Positions 51,626 through 61,080 are shown, numbered from the stretch's first letter. The stretch: DNA of 64,000 nt from an uncultured delta proteobacterium (GCA_963755715.1 CAVWLW010000023.1:1-64000), one strand, 5' to 3'. Numbers and translations are program-made. Notes: generated by a model not told the origin, from the letters alone.

Positions 51626-52280
51626 GTGGACGAGGGATCTGCAAAGGTTAAAACACGCTGGAGCGATAGTCTGCGGCGCTACTTTCTCGCCGGACTGCTC
51701 GTCTTTCTGCCACTGGCAATTACCCTTTGGTTTATCGGCTGGGTAATCGATTTATTGGATAGCGTGTTGGCGGTTCTGCCGGACGCGCTTCATCCGAATT
51801 CCTATCTGCCTTTTGCGATTCCTAAACTCGGCGCGGTCGTTACCTTATTACTGATTCTTTTTCTTGGCGTTCTTACCCGCGGCGTGGCGACACGGCGATT
51901 CCTCGCGGCATGGGAAAGTATCTTTATCCAAATTCCGGTGTTTCGCGGCATTTATACCGCCGTGCAAAAATTGGTGCAGACTTTCTTAGGCCAATCGAAT
52001 GCGCAGCGCCAGGTGGTCATGATCGAATATCCGCGCGATCGGCATGTTTACAGTGGGCTTTGCCATGGGCCGTGCCTGGTCGCATTTGGAAGAAAAGAAG
52101 AACGCCCAGCTGGTCAATGTCTTCGTTCCGACAACGCCGAATCCCACTTCTGGATTCTTTCTCCTCGTGCCCATCAACGAGGTAACCCTGCTTAACATGA
52201 CGATGGAAGAAGCGCTCAAGCTGATCACATCAAGCGGTCTAATCACGCCTGACGACAAGCTCAAGATCAATGGCCGCTAA
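51626..52280 (+). CDS. DUF502 membrane protein, frameshift near 52040
   Basis: FLAGLLV.LP and IEYPR, then VFVPTTPNPTSGF in another frame. Confidence 0.85.
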
Positions 52281-52746
52281 GAAATCCGAGGCGCCGGGCG
52301 AGCAGATTGTCTGCGTCAATCGCCAGGCGCGCCATAACTACTTCATCGACGAGACCTACGAAGCGGGGCTGATTCTCGTCGGCAGCGAGGTGAAATCGCT
52401 GCGCGACGGCAAAGCCAATCTGGTCGATAGCTACGCGCGCATTCAAAAAGGCGAAGCGTTTTTGGTCAATACCCATATCAGCCCCTACGCTGGGGCGAAT
52501 CAGTTCAATCACGAGCCGACGCGCACGCGCAAGCTTTTGTTGCACGCACAAGAGATCGAGCGGCTCACCGGCAAAACCAAAGAGCGCGGCTTGACCCTGA
52601 TTCCGCTCAAGATCTATTTCAAAAACGGCCGGGCCAAAGTCGAATTGGGCCTCGCGCGCGGTAAGAAACTCTACGACAAGCGCGAGACACTCAGACGCAA
52701 AGTCGCCGAGCGCGAAGTCGAGCGGTCAATCAAATCAAGAAACTGA
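52270..52746 (+). CDS. smpB: SsrA-binding protein
   Basis: NRQARHNY, GSEVKSLR, RKLLLH and GKKLYDKR. Confidence 0.97.
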   Translation: MAAKKSEAPGEQIVCVNRQARHNYFIDETYEAGLILVGSEVKSLRDGKANLVDSYARIQKGEAFLVNTHISPYAGANQFNHEPTRTRKLLLHAQEIERLTGKTKERGLTLIPLKIYFKNGRAKVELGLARGKKLYDKRETLRRKVAEREVERSIKSRN

Positions 52747-52840
52747 GTTTCTGGATCCCAGTATCTAGTGGGGACTGCGGAAACGATGCTCTTGATTGGC
52801 AACTAGAAACTAGCGGCTGGAAACTGTAAACTACTCACAT

Positions 52841-53193
52841 GGGGGCGATATGGGTTCGACGGAGGGTAGGAAGTCAGAGTGGCATGCCGGGTTCTGTTCA
52901 CCCGTTAAACAAACAGATCTGCAATTTAAACGCAGACAATTTCGAATACTCCCTAGCTGCCTAATCGCAGTTAGCGTCTTACCGGCTTTCTCCCACGGGG
53001 TTGGATAAGACGTCATTCAGTGGGATGGGCCGATTCTCCTGCCGGAGGGGATGAGGCTGAGATCCAAACCGGATGGCTCTGCGAGACCCAGCCGTTGGGG
53101 GCTCAAAGAGCGAGATCAAAACGGCGGCTAAGCATGTAGGCATATCTGATGGAAGACCTTCGGACGGGGGTTCGATTCCCCCCGCCTCCACCA
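52841..53193 (+). ncRNA. ssrA: tmRNA; tag ADNFEYSLAA at 52932-52964
   Basis: 5' GGGGGCG pairs with CGCCTCC-ACCA including the G3-U pair. T-arm GGGGGTTCGATTCCCC. The tag ends in LAA-stop; the gene follows smpB. Confidence 0.96.
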
Positions 53194-53299
53194 ATCTCAC
53201 TTCCAGCCTGTTCCAGTAAATCACAAAAGCTTGTAATCCAATAGCAGAATGTCCGGCACGGTCCAGTGCTGTGCCGCTACAGCTGCCCCATTCTGGGGG

Positions 53300-53630
53300 C
53301 ATTTTTGGGGCTATCAGAGTGGCCGTCGGATATACCTCGATTGCCGCGACAAGATGAAATGTCGGCGCCTCCATGCCAGTGGAATCGCAATTCCAAGCGC
53401 AGTGCGAAGAGCGCCGAGAATGGCCAAAGCTGCGTGGGCCGATCCGAGCGATTCGGTCCGCTCGGACATCGAGTGGAGTTTTTTGAGCTTCTGTTGGATG
53501 AACAGGTCAGTGGTGCGGCGAAACATCGCATTAGCGGGAGTTCCAATTCGCCTCCCGGCATTATGATTAATCAATGTCTCGGCTAATGCTTTCGGCCAGC
53601 CGAGCGGTGCGTCGATCGCGATCAACACCG
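53300..53630 (-). pseudogene. DUF429 (RNase H-like nuclease) family fragment
   Basis: IAIDAPLGWP, FRRTTD, and IEVYPTATL in another frame. Confidence 0.65.
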
Positions 53631-53834
53631 CGTCTTAAGCAACACGACGCAGCCCGCAATGACAATTGCGGCTGCTCGTTCACGAGTGCATAACGTCGCC
53701 TCCTGGATTTCAACGCCTCCTTCCCAGAACACCCACTGTGAGGCACACCGCGCGCTGCCGATAAACTCAAAACTCAGGCTCGGTCGAAAGAATGGAGAGA
53801 CATAAAGAGACCTGCAAAAAAACTGCGCTTAAGA

Positions 53835-54365
53835 ATGCGCCTTGAAGAGCGAATCAAGAAAATTTTCAAATTGATCACACAAATTTCAGTGAAGCTGAAC
53901 GGAAGTGAAGTCGATCCTGTCGGCATAGGCATGGATTGGCAGGAGCGTGAATACGACCTTGCCTACAAGTACCCGCACGCAAATTCGTGCTGGCTATGGT
54001 TGGCTCAACGTTCTTGAGAATGGGCAATGCTGAGCGTCGAAGGCTTAACCGGATGCAAGTTGAATCAGACGATTATCGTGAAAATTTTTTTTGCGATCTC
54101 CGAAATTACAGACCAACGAGAGTGGGTTTCGCTGACCGCTCAACCATACCCGACGGGCCGACGTCGAAGTTGCTACGTGAAAGGGGAAAGGCAGCCGCGT
54201 TATTACCGTAAGCATTCCGTCCGGTTTGGTGAGTGGACGCGTGTCTATTCTGAGCTGATCATCGATAAAGAAGTAATCCGCAAGCTGCCACTTTGCTTGC
54301 CCATCATCTGGTCGAGTGGTTACAAAAAGCATGACCAAACTGAGGAGCGGCGTGAGATTGTTTAG
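53835..54365 (+). pseudogene. Fragmented hypothetical ORF(s)
   Basis: Three short overlapping same-strand ORFs with no recognisable family. Confidence 0.25.
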
Positions 54366-54549
54366 GCGGTCGCCTGCAGGATTTCCAGGCCTTCTTCACT
54401 CAGAACACCCAGTGCGAGGCACCCTCGGCATCCAGGGCGCCGAGGTTATCTCCAACGCGTCTCCCCTCCAGTATCTACATCAGCTCGGTGTGCTGTATGT
54501 TCTTCCAAAGCTAGTCACAACAATTACAGTGCCGCCGGCGGTCCAATGG

Positions 54550-54798
54550 CTATTGCGGCCAGGGCTTCTCTAAACTGACGATCCAGTCTCTCTCCCTCAC
54601 CCACTTCCCGGGGCATTTCCCCTTATACTCAGTGCAATGGTAATAAACATATCTGCCTTTCTTGATTTCAGCGGTGAGCGCACAGCCGCAACGACCGCAG
54701 GAAACCAGGCCCCGAAATGCCCAGTTGTGCTTTTGCGGCCGTGTTGGGTGACGCGAACTCTTCTCGGCAAAAACCGATTGGACCCGGTCAAAGAGATC
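54550..54798 (-). pseudogene. Large serine recombinase fragment (zinc-ribbon region)
   Basis: LFDRVQ..FRGLVSCGRCGCALTAEIKKGRYVYYHC..KC. Confidence 0.8.
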
Positions 54799-54934
54799 TA
54801 TTGTAAACCATTTGAGTTGGCAGGGGGGGGACCCCTGTAAGAAGACTCGAACCCTATGTAACATTTCAATACGAGCGAAAACGGAATCTCAGCGGTAAGA
54901 AAATGAAACGAAGTGGAAATTCCGCTGCTTTTCG

Positions 54935-56056
54935 TTATGCCGTCTCGAGCAATTTGTCGAGACAAACACGCCAATCCATTGGCAAATGAACGAGCTCATT
55001 TCCTCCTCTCCAGGTAAGACCCTTCGTTGCAAAGGTTTGTTGGTAAGCCCACTGAGCTATTCGGGTCGATACTCCCAGATTATGGACAACGTGGGCCGAA
55101 TCAAAGCGCAAGCGAAGTTCGTCGCTTAATCGGGCATTCCGCTCAGCCCATTTTTTTAGATGATCGTCGGCCGCAAGCATGTCCGCCTTCTTGATATTGC
55201 ACGGACGCTCATGTGCGAGCACAAAGTTATGTCCCAAGTCGAATGGGTACAAAGCCCAGGGTATAAAGTGATCGACATCTGTAGAGCTTCGCCTTAAATT
55301 CTGGCCGCAGTAAAAGCATGATCCTTTTTGTAAGTCCCAGAGAATAGGAATGTAATCACCTAGACTGACTCGGTCTGTGCCGAATAGAAACCCATTTAAA
55401 TCGGTGGTTGTGCCAAGAACAGTATGGTTGAAACGCCGAATGTAACGGGCCCAACTTTCTCGAACGATGTCCGTCACCATCTGGTAAAATTTTCGAAAAC
55501 AGAATGCGACTCCACTTTTGAGCACGATAACATTTGTTTTCTCTGCATCTGAATATAAAAATTCCAGATATTCACTACCCACCCTTTGAAGTTTCCACAA
55601 CGGTTGCTTAATGACTGTCGCTGAAACCGCATTTACCAATCGCTTCCACTCTTGAGGCGCGGCTCGTCGGAGACTCTGGATATCCCGATGGTTCTCACGA
55701 ATTCGAGCTATCAATCGCACGATCTCAGCCTGTGATCCAGTATTTTGTTGGAGAATTTTGCCGCTTTCTGTTTCTTTCCCTGAGATCGGTGGGATGTAAG
55801 GCATAGTCTGCCTCCAATAATAAACGACGAACTTTTCGGCGATCTCGGAAATGTGCAATTTTAATGGACTGCCGGTATCGTCGCCTTTCTCGACGCACAA
55901 ATCCGCCAATGCCGTAAGGAGAGCGTATTTGTATGTGGCAACAAATGCGCCTTCCTTGAGCAAACGCTGGATATTTATTAGAAACTCGATTTGCTTCTCA
56001 GCCGATGGCGCGACTACCGCTGAATCCAGTAAGCGGCTTTCTGTGGTATCACCCAT
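54935..56056 (-). CDS. HNH endonuclease with N-terminal helical domain
   Basis: CFYC, DVDHFIPW, NFVLAH..CN..K, and N-terminal ATYKYALL. Confidence 0.85.
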   Translation of the reverse strand: MGDTTESRLLDSAVVAPSAEKQIEFLINIQRLLKEGAFVATYKYALLTALADLCVEKGDDTGSPLKLHISEIAEKFVVYYWRQTMPYIPPISGKETESGKILQQNTGSQAEIVRLIARIRENHRDIQSLRRAAPQEWKRLVNAVSATVIKQPLWKLQRVGSEYLEFLYSDAEKTNVIVLKSGVAFCFRKFYQMVTDIVRESWARYIRRFNHTVLGTTTDLNGFLFGTDRVSLGDYIPILWDLQKGSCFYCGQNLRRSSTDVDHFIPWALYPFDLGHNFVLAHERPCNIKKADMLAADDHLKKWAERNARLSDELRLRFDSAHVVHNLGVSTRIAQWAYQQTFATKGLTWRGGNELVHLPMDWRVCLDKLLETA

Positions 56057-56412
56057 CTAACTCCACCTCTTGGATCAGGAACGTCTCCATCACGTCGCGG
56101 AATGATGTGGATGTGTGCATGCGGAACTGTTTGTCCAGCCAGGATTCCATCGTTAACCCCAACGTTGAAGTTGTGGACATTCAGTTTTGTCGCCAGCAAG
56201 TTTCGCACACGGCTAACAAAGACCCAGATATTTGCTTGTTCGTCTGGCGGCAGCTGAAACACCGTTGGCACATGCCGTCGGGGAATCACCACAATATGGC
56301 CGTCAGTGACGGGATATGCATCAAGAACGGCGAATGCTTCTAGATCTGAAACCACAATCCGGTCGGGATCTATTGCACAAAAAGGACACTCGGATTCATT
56401 TGGTGTGGACAT
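56014..56412 (-). CDS. HIT family nucleotide hydrolase
   Basis: CPFC, YPVTDGH and AGQTVPHAHIHIIPR (histidine triad). Confidence 0.92.
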   Translation of the reverse strand: MSTPNESECPFCAIDPDRIVVSDLEAFAVLDAYPVTDGHIVVIPRRHVPTVFQLPPDEQANIWVFVSRVRNLLATKLNVHNFNVGVNDGILAGQTVPHAHIHIIPRRDGDVPDPRGGVRWVIPQKAAYWIQR

Positions 56413-56594
56413 TGTTTGGTTGCACGTTTGTCAATAACGCCGCTGTAAGCTTGTATCTACGTACGTATCAAACTCATCATTGAAAGCAAAGACGATGGCT
56501 GGACTGACGGCGTTCGCATTCTTGTCTAGAGTGGTTTCGAATGTTGGCGCGCTTTCTTCTTCTGTCCGTCTGATAAACCTTCCCTCTCGCAGGC

Positions 56595-56680
56595 TTGTCG
56601 GGCAAAAGCTGACCCGGCGGTCCATCGAGACGGTGGCGAGAGAGCTGGCGAAGCTATTGAAAATTGACGTCCAGGCGCTG
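56595..56680 (+). repeat. Near-identical internal fragment of the transposase at 59267-59353
   Basis: About 87 bp direct repeat with 3 differences by eye. Confidence 0.9.
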
Positions 56681-56861
56681 TGGAGTGACGCGTCGTTCAG
56701 TTCAATCGTGCGGTATGCATTGCAAGCGGTCTCGTTTTTTGTGAGGTCGAAAAGAGAAAACGTGATATACTGCCCGGACATTCGGCAGTTAACTTATCAG
56801 TTGCCTAGATGAGATTACGAGTGTTCGTCACGCTCGGCATCGGCGCAACGGCTGTATCGCT

Positions 56862-57221
56862 GTGGCTCTGGGTTGCCGTCTCAGCCGGTCAAATCGTCTG
56901 CAACGTTGTAACCGGTGCCCTGATCATCGCGCAGGACGGCAAGATACATTCCTAGGGAAGATCACCAACAGCTTTGACAGCGAGTCGATATTCAATGAGT
57001 TTGGGACGTACGGGAACGAATTCAGTTCGAGCTCTATCTGGAACCAGTCCTCTACCTTCGGGAACGAGTTCAGCCCTTACTCTCCGTTCAACGCGTTCTC
57101 GACGACTCCGCCAATGATCATCAAAGATCGTAACGTTCTCGGCTATCTCACGCCGAACAAGAGCATTCGGTCGTCGATCTCGCCGAACGTGCTCAAAGCG
57201 CTATGCAAGGACGCGTTGTGA
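56862..57221 (+). CDS. Hypothetical protein with SIxNxFGxYG repeats, 5' end probably frameshifted
   Basis: SIFNEFGTYGNEFSSSSIWNQSSTFGNEFSPYSPFN internal repeat. Confidence 0.55.
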   Translation: MALGCRLSRSNRLQRCNRCPDHRAGRQDTFLGKITNSFDSESIFNEFGTYGNEFSSSSIWNQSSTFGNEFSPYSPFNAFSTTPPMIIKDRNVLGYLTPNKSIRSSISPNVLKALCKDAL

Positions 57222-57445
57222 CACAGGCGAACGTAACTTCACGATTCAGGCCGATACCGAAACGTTTACCGGTCTGGTCAACGGCCAAATGAATCGGGTT
57301 ATGTTCATGGAGAGGGTCTTTCGGAATGTTTCTGCGGCTCACAGCGGAATCTGCCGAACACCGAGCGGCTTGCAAGCGTTATTAGGGAGCGTCATGTGAC
57401 GTGCGCAACCATGCGTGGGCGGTAGTTCTGCATGGGGAGGTGTTC

Positions 57446-58423
57446 ATGGAAGCGAGCATAAAGCTTCGGCTAGGAAATCTGTTCGATGGTCCCGCTGATC
57501 TCATCGCCCTACCGTGTTCAACCGGAGGAACTATCACAGGTTTTGTTGCTCGTTCGCTTGTGGACTATGCGATTCCGCATCCGCGGGCAGGTATGTCATT
57601 GGGGGAAGTGGAGATTCTTCCCTTTGAAGGAGGTGGTGACATCGCTCAGTTTGTCGCCTTCGCTGCCTCTGTCCGTCGTGATGCATCAACCCCAACGGCA
57701 ATTGAAACCATCGGCGGAAAGCTCGGTGCTTTCACTAAAGCGGAAGCCTCGGTCAGAAAAATCTCTACGCCGCTTTTGGGTGCCGGCGCTGGTGGACTGC
57801 AGAGCGAAGTCGTCGTAGCCGCACTGAAGCGCGGATTCGTATCTGCTGCGCACCCATCAGCAACGCTTGTTATTCACATCCTGCATCAAGACCTATACGA
57901 ACGCCTTAAAGGCAATCGTAGTGTCTTGCATGGCAAGCCAAAACAGGACGTCCGAGTTTTCATTAGTCACACATCGAAGACCAATGAAGATGTCGAATGG
58001 GTGAAAGGGCTGGCCTTGTTCCTTATTGAGCAAGGCATCCAAGCTCGTCTTGACAAGTTTCATTTGAGGCGGGGAATGGACCTTCCCCAATGGATGTGCA
58101 ATGAGTTGGCATTGGCTCAAAAAGTCATCGTTATTTGCGATGAGACATATAAGCAAAAGGCGGACGGTCGGCTCGGTGGCGTCGGATGGGAAACCATGAT
58201 TATTCAAGGCGATATAGCTAACCTGCCTCCTGATAGCACCAAGTATCAGGTTGTGGTCCGAGCCCATGAACTGCAGAAGGGCTTGCCCTTGTATCTCAAA
58301 ACCCGCTATGCATTCCACGCTCCCGACCCAGGTGGTGACGTGTCGTTTCGCGCTGAACTCGTCCGCGAATTGCTCGATCTACCGATCGACCCAGTGCTAG
58401 AAACTAAAGAGTTTCATCTGTGA
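57446..58423 (+). CDS. Macro-like domain plus TIR/SEFIR-like domain fusion protein
   Basis: N-terminal GNLFD..DLIALPC and PLLGAGAGGL. C-terminal VFISH..WV..LA..L...GI...LD..L..G.DL..WM and GGVGWE. GGAGG RBS. Confidence 0.8.
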   Translation: MEASIKLRLGNLFDGPADLIALPCSTGGTITGFVARSLVDYAIPHPRAGMSLGEVEILPFEGGGDIAQFVAFAASVRRDASTPTAIETIGGKLGAFTKAEASVRKISTPLLGAGAGGLQSEVVVAALKRGFVSAAHPSATLVIHILHQDLYERLKGNRSVLHGKPKQDVRVFISHTSKTNEDVEWVKGLALFLIEQGIQARLDKFHLRRGMDLPQWMCNELALAQKVIVICDETYKQKADGRLGGVGWETMIIQGDIANLPPDSTKYQVVVRAHELQKGLPLYLKTRYAFHAPDPGGDVSFRAELVRELLDLPIDPVLETKEFHL

Positions 58424-58430
58424 ATCTGAC

Positions 58431-58511
58431 GCGCAACCATGCCTTGCACCGGACGCTTCACCAGCGGCGCTTCGTTTGCTGGTTTCGCGCCCGTGAAGGC
58501 AGACGTTATGC
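58431..58511 (+). other. Integron attC site (81 bp)
   Basis: R'' GCGCAAC, L'' GCCTT(G)CAC pairing with L' GTGAAGGC, R' GTTATGC. It starts 7 nt after the upstream stop codon. Confidence 0.8.
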
Positions 58512-58580
58512 AGCATGGGCGGCGACGCAGGTGAATGGAGAACGACGGTAAGCCGTCACCGCGAGAGATGATGAAGGAAA

Positions 58581-59590
58581 AACTATGGGGTCAGACTTCT
58601 ACAAATTGACTATCTCGATTCACCTTGATATGGACTTGCATCATGGCGCGCCGTCCCCGACTATTTGCCGCAGGGGTTCTCTATCACGTGATTGTGCGAG
58701 GCAACCAGCGGCAGAAGACCTTCACTGCGGAAAGTGATTATCAGGCCTATATCGAACGGCTGGCACGGTACCGTAAGAAATATGACTATGTGTTGCACGC
58801 CTACTGCCTGATGCCCAACCATGTCCATCTGCTCGTTGAAAGCTCCGAACAGCCACTGGCGAAATTCATGCAAGGGCTGCAACAATCTTACAGCCAATAT
58901 TTCAATCTTAGACATCGCAAGACCGGACACGTGTTTGAAGGGCGCTACAAAGCGATCCTTTGCCAGAAAGACCAGTATCTCCTTCAGCTGATCCGTTATA
59001 TTCATCTCAACCCGGTGCGCGCCGGCATGGTAAGAAGTCCGAAGCGCTATCGGTACTCGGGGGATCACGTTTATCTGCAGGGGAAGGCTACGGAAACCAT
59101 AGATCCGGCGACGGTTCTATCGATGTTGGGAGGGAAACAGGCCTATCGAAGGTTTGTTCAAGACGGTTTGAGCGAAGGGCATAAGGAGGAATACTATGCG
59201 GTGGAGGACCAAAGATTTCTAGGCGCCGAAGGGTTCGGCGCAAGGTTGCTGAAGAAGGAAGCGGGTTTGTCGGGCAAAAAGCCGACCCGGCGGTCCATCG
59301 AGACGGTGGCGAGAGAGCTGGCGAAGCTATTGAAAGTTGACGTCCAGGCGCTGCGTAGTCCGGATCGGGGTTGGGCGATATCGAAAGCGCGCACGATAGC
59401 GGCGTACGTATTGGTTCGGAGACTGGGCTACCGGTTAAGCGATGTGGCGGCCTATTTTGGCAGAGACATGGCGACACTCGCGACCTTGCTCGCACGGCTG
59501 AGCGATCGGGTGCAAGCCAATGATACGGCCAGACGGGAGATCGAGCGGCTGAACGAGATAGTTGAGTCGTAGAAGTCTGACCCCGTAATT
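58581..59590 (+). mobile_element. Y1 (RAYT-like) transposase element bounded by long imperfect inverted repeats
   Basis: GGGGTCAGACTTCTAC (58587-58602) and GTAGAAGTCTGACCCC (59569-59584) form a perfect 16-bp IR, extendable to about 40 bp with mismatches. Confidence 0.8.
58643..59572 (+). CDS. REP-associated tyrosine transposase-like protein (Y1_Tnp plus C-terminal DnaA_C-like HTH)
   Basis: MARRPR, YHVIVRGN, YCLMPNHVHLL (HUH), GHVFEGRY and RYIHLNPVRAG. Confidence 0.9.
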   Translation: MARRPRLFAAGVLYHVIVRGNQRQKTFTAESDYQAYIERLARYRKKYDYVLHAYCLMPNHVHLLVESSEQPLAKFMQGLQQSYSQYFNLRHRKTGHVFEGRYKAILCQKDQYLLQLIRYIHLNPVRAGMVRSPKRYRYSGDHVYLQGKATETIDPATVLSMLGGKQAYRRFVQDGLSEGHKEEYYAVEDQRFLGAEGFGARLLKKEAGLSGKKPTRRSIETVARELAKLLKVDVQALRSPDRGWAISKARTIAAYVLVRRLGYRLSDVAAYFGRDMATLATLLARLSDRVQANDTARREIERLNEIVES

Positions 59591-59595
59591 TCCTG

Positions 59596-59624
59596 TTGAC
59601 ATTGCGGGGCCTGCAAGTTAGCGT
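59596..59624 (+). promoter_or_regulatory. Putative sigma70 promoter
   Basis: TTGACA-17 nt-TAGCGT; the spacer holds the imperfect palindrome TTGCGGGGCCTGCAA. Confidence 0.45.
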
Positions 59625-59627
59625 TCG

Positions 59628-60206
59628 ATGGGAGGTCCCATGATAAAGCGAGCTTTGTTGGGAATGCTAGTATGCTTCTCGTGGCTTTTTTTGGCGAGGT
59701 CGGCCTCTGCTGTAGACCGAGTTAGACCGGCTTTTCATGAAGAACTGGGCCAAGCCTGGGACGTTATTGGGCGTGAAGTGCAAGGACTTTTTGACCTCTG
59801 GGAGGATCACTTCGGTTCTATCGGAGGAAAAGAAGAGTCGCCGCCGATTTCTATGATAATTCGCAATCGGGAGAAACTCGGTCCCTCCACCGAGCAAGTT
59901 AGGAATCTTGAGCGATTGAAAAACAATTTCGAGAAAGAGTCGATTCGCAAGGAGGCCAATATCCGCGTCGCCAAGATGGACCTCCGCGATCTCCTCAACG
60001 CTCAGCCCGTTGACATGTCAAAGGTGGAAGCGAAAGTGCACGAGGTCGAACGGCTGCGCGCGGATTTACGATTTGCACGCATTCGCACGGTTGAAAAAGG
60101 CAAAAAGCACTTACCTCCGATCAACGCGAGAAACTCGGCGCGCTTTCCTCCGACTCTCAGCTCATACGTTTCCAACCTTGAAACTGACCCGGTGTCCGGG
60201 AACTAA
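59628..60206 (+). CDS. Spy/CpxP-like periplasmic helical protein, C-terminus probably frameshifted
   Basis: Signal peptide, EKLG.S.EQV..L and DMSKVEAKV.E..RLRADLRF. The expected LTxxQ motif is out of frame. Confidence 0.65.
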   Translation: MGGPMIKRALLGMLVCFSWLFLARSASAVDRVRPAFHEELGQAWDVIGREVQGLFDLWEDHFGSIGGKEESPPISMIIRNREKLGPSTEQVRNLERLKNNFEKESIRKEANIRVAKMDLRDLLNAQPVDMSKVEAKVHEVERLRADLRFARIRTVEKGKKHLPPINARNSARFPPTLSSYVSNLETDPVSGN

Positions 60207-61014
60207 AGTTCACAAAGTAAATCAGCCTGCGCCCGGCATTTCAGCGGCCGGCTCCTGCGAAGACGGCGGTTTGAATCGGGGGGCGGTAAATTCCTGCTTG
60301 GATATCTTTAGGACCACTTTGAGACCCAAAGACTTCAGTTGGTTGCCACCTACCAAAATCCGGTCCATCGAGTCCATGTATGCCTTGCTGCATCTTTAGT
60401 ACGAATAGCTCCGATGCGAATTTTACTCACGACCGCTGTCGTCTTTGCATTGTATCGGGCGGGATTTATTTGGTTCTGGTGTTGGGTCTCAGCACAAAGA
60501 AAAGGCACCTTAGGGGGCTAAGACGCCTTTGGATTGGCGATCAGGAACAGGGAGGCAAACGCCGATCGCTCCGCTTAACGATGTGGCGACGTTAAGGAGG
60601 CCAGATCGCCAACTCCTAATTTCAGAATAGCGCTCGAAAAAGCCGAAAAAAGTAGCGCAGAAAAAACAACGACCGTTAAGATGTGCGAGCTAACGGATAT
60701 GCCTTCATGGATGTGCCCGGCGCTGTCCAAGACTGGCTCTGAGGTCGCATGAAAGTCTCGCCCTCACGGCAAAACCATTGGCACGAATCTCAACCTTGAT
60801 TTACTTAAACGTGTGATCCCTAACCATGCTTCATACTTGGCGAGACTGCGAAACCTTACAATCCTCATAGCCGGAGCTGCACAGCGGCTCCGCGGTTTAG
60901 CTCAACCTCGTTTTATCCGCTCGACGTTACCTCGCCACCATCAAGTAACTTGATTGCCACCAACCTTTAGGGATAAAACGCTATACGTTAGACCCAGAAA
61001 GTAGAGGAGTTTTC

Positions 61015-61080
61015 ATGAGCAATGCAATTGAGAATCTGGTGTCTGCCCAACAACGGGTGATGGCCAAAATTCCGAGGTAA
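61015..61080 (+). pseudogene. N-terminal stub resembling DUF1398-like proteins
   Basis: GAGGAG RBS then MSNAIENLVSAQQRVMAKIPR-stop. Family call is from memory. Confidence 0.35.

Noticed and set aside
54824-54855. tRNA gene on the minus strand
   Set aside because: Only a T-loop-like decamer is present; no cloverleaf can be built.
57340-57390. Additional attC (GCCGAAC..GTTATTAGG), and another near 60860-60930
   Set aside because: No pairing L boxes can be found; too degenerate to call.
57446-58423. Canonical Thoeris system
   Set aside because: No separate ThsA (SIR2-SLOG or TM-macro) gene nearby, and the protein lacks TM helices.
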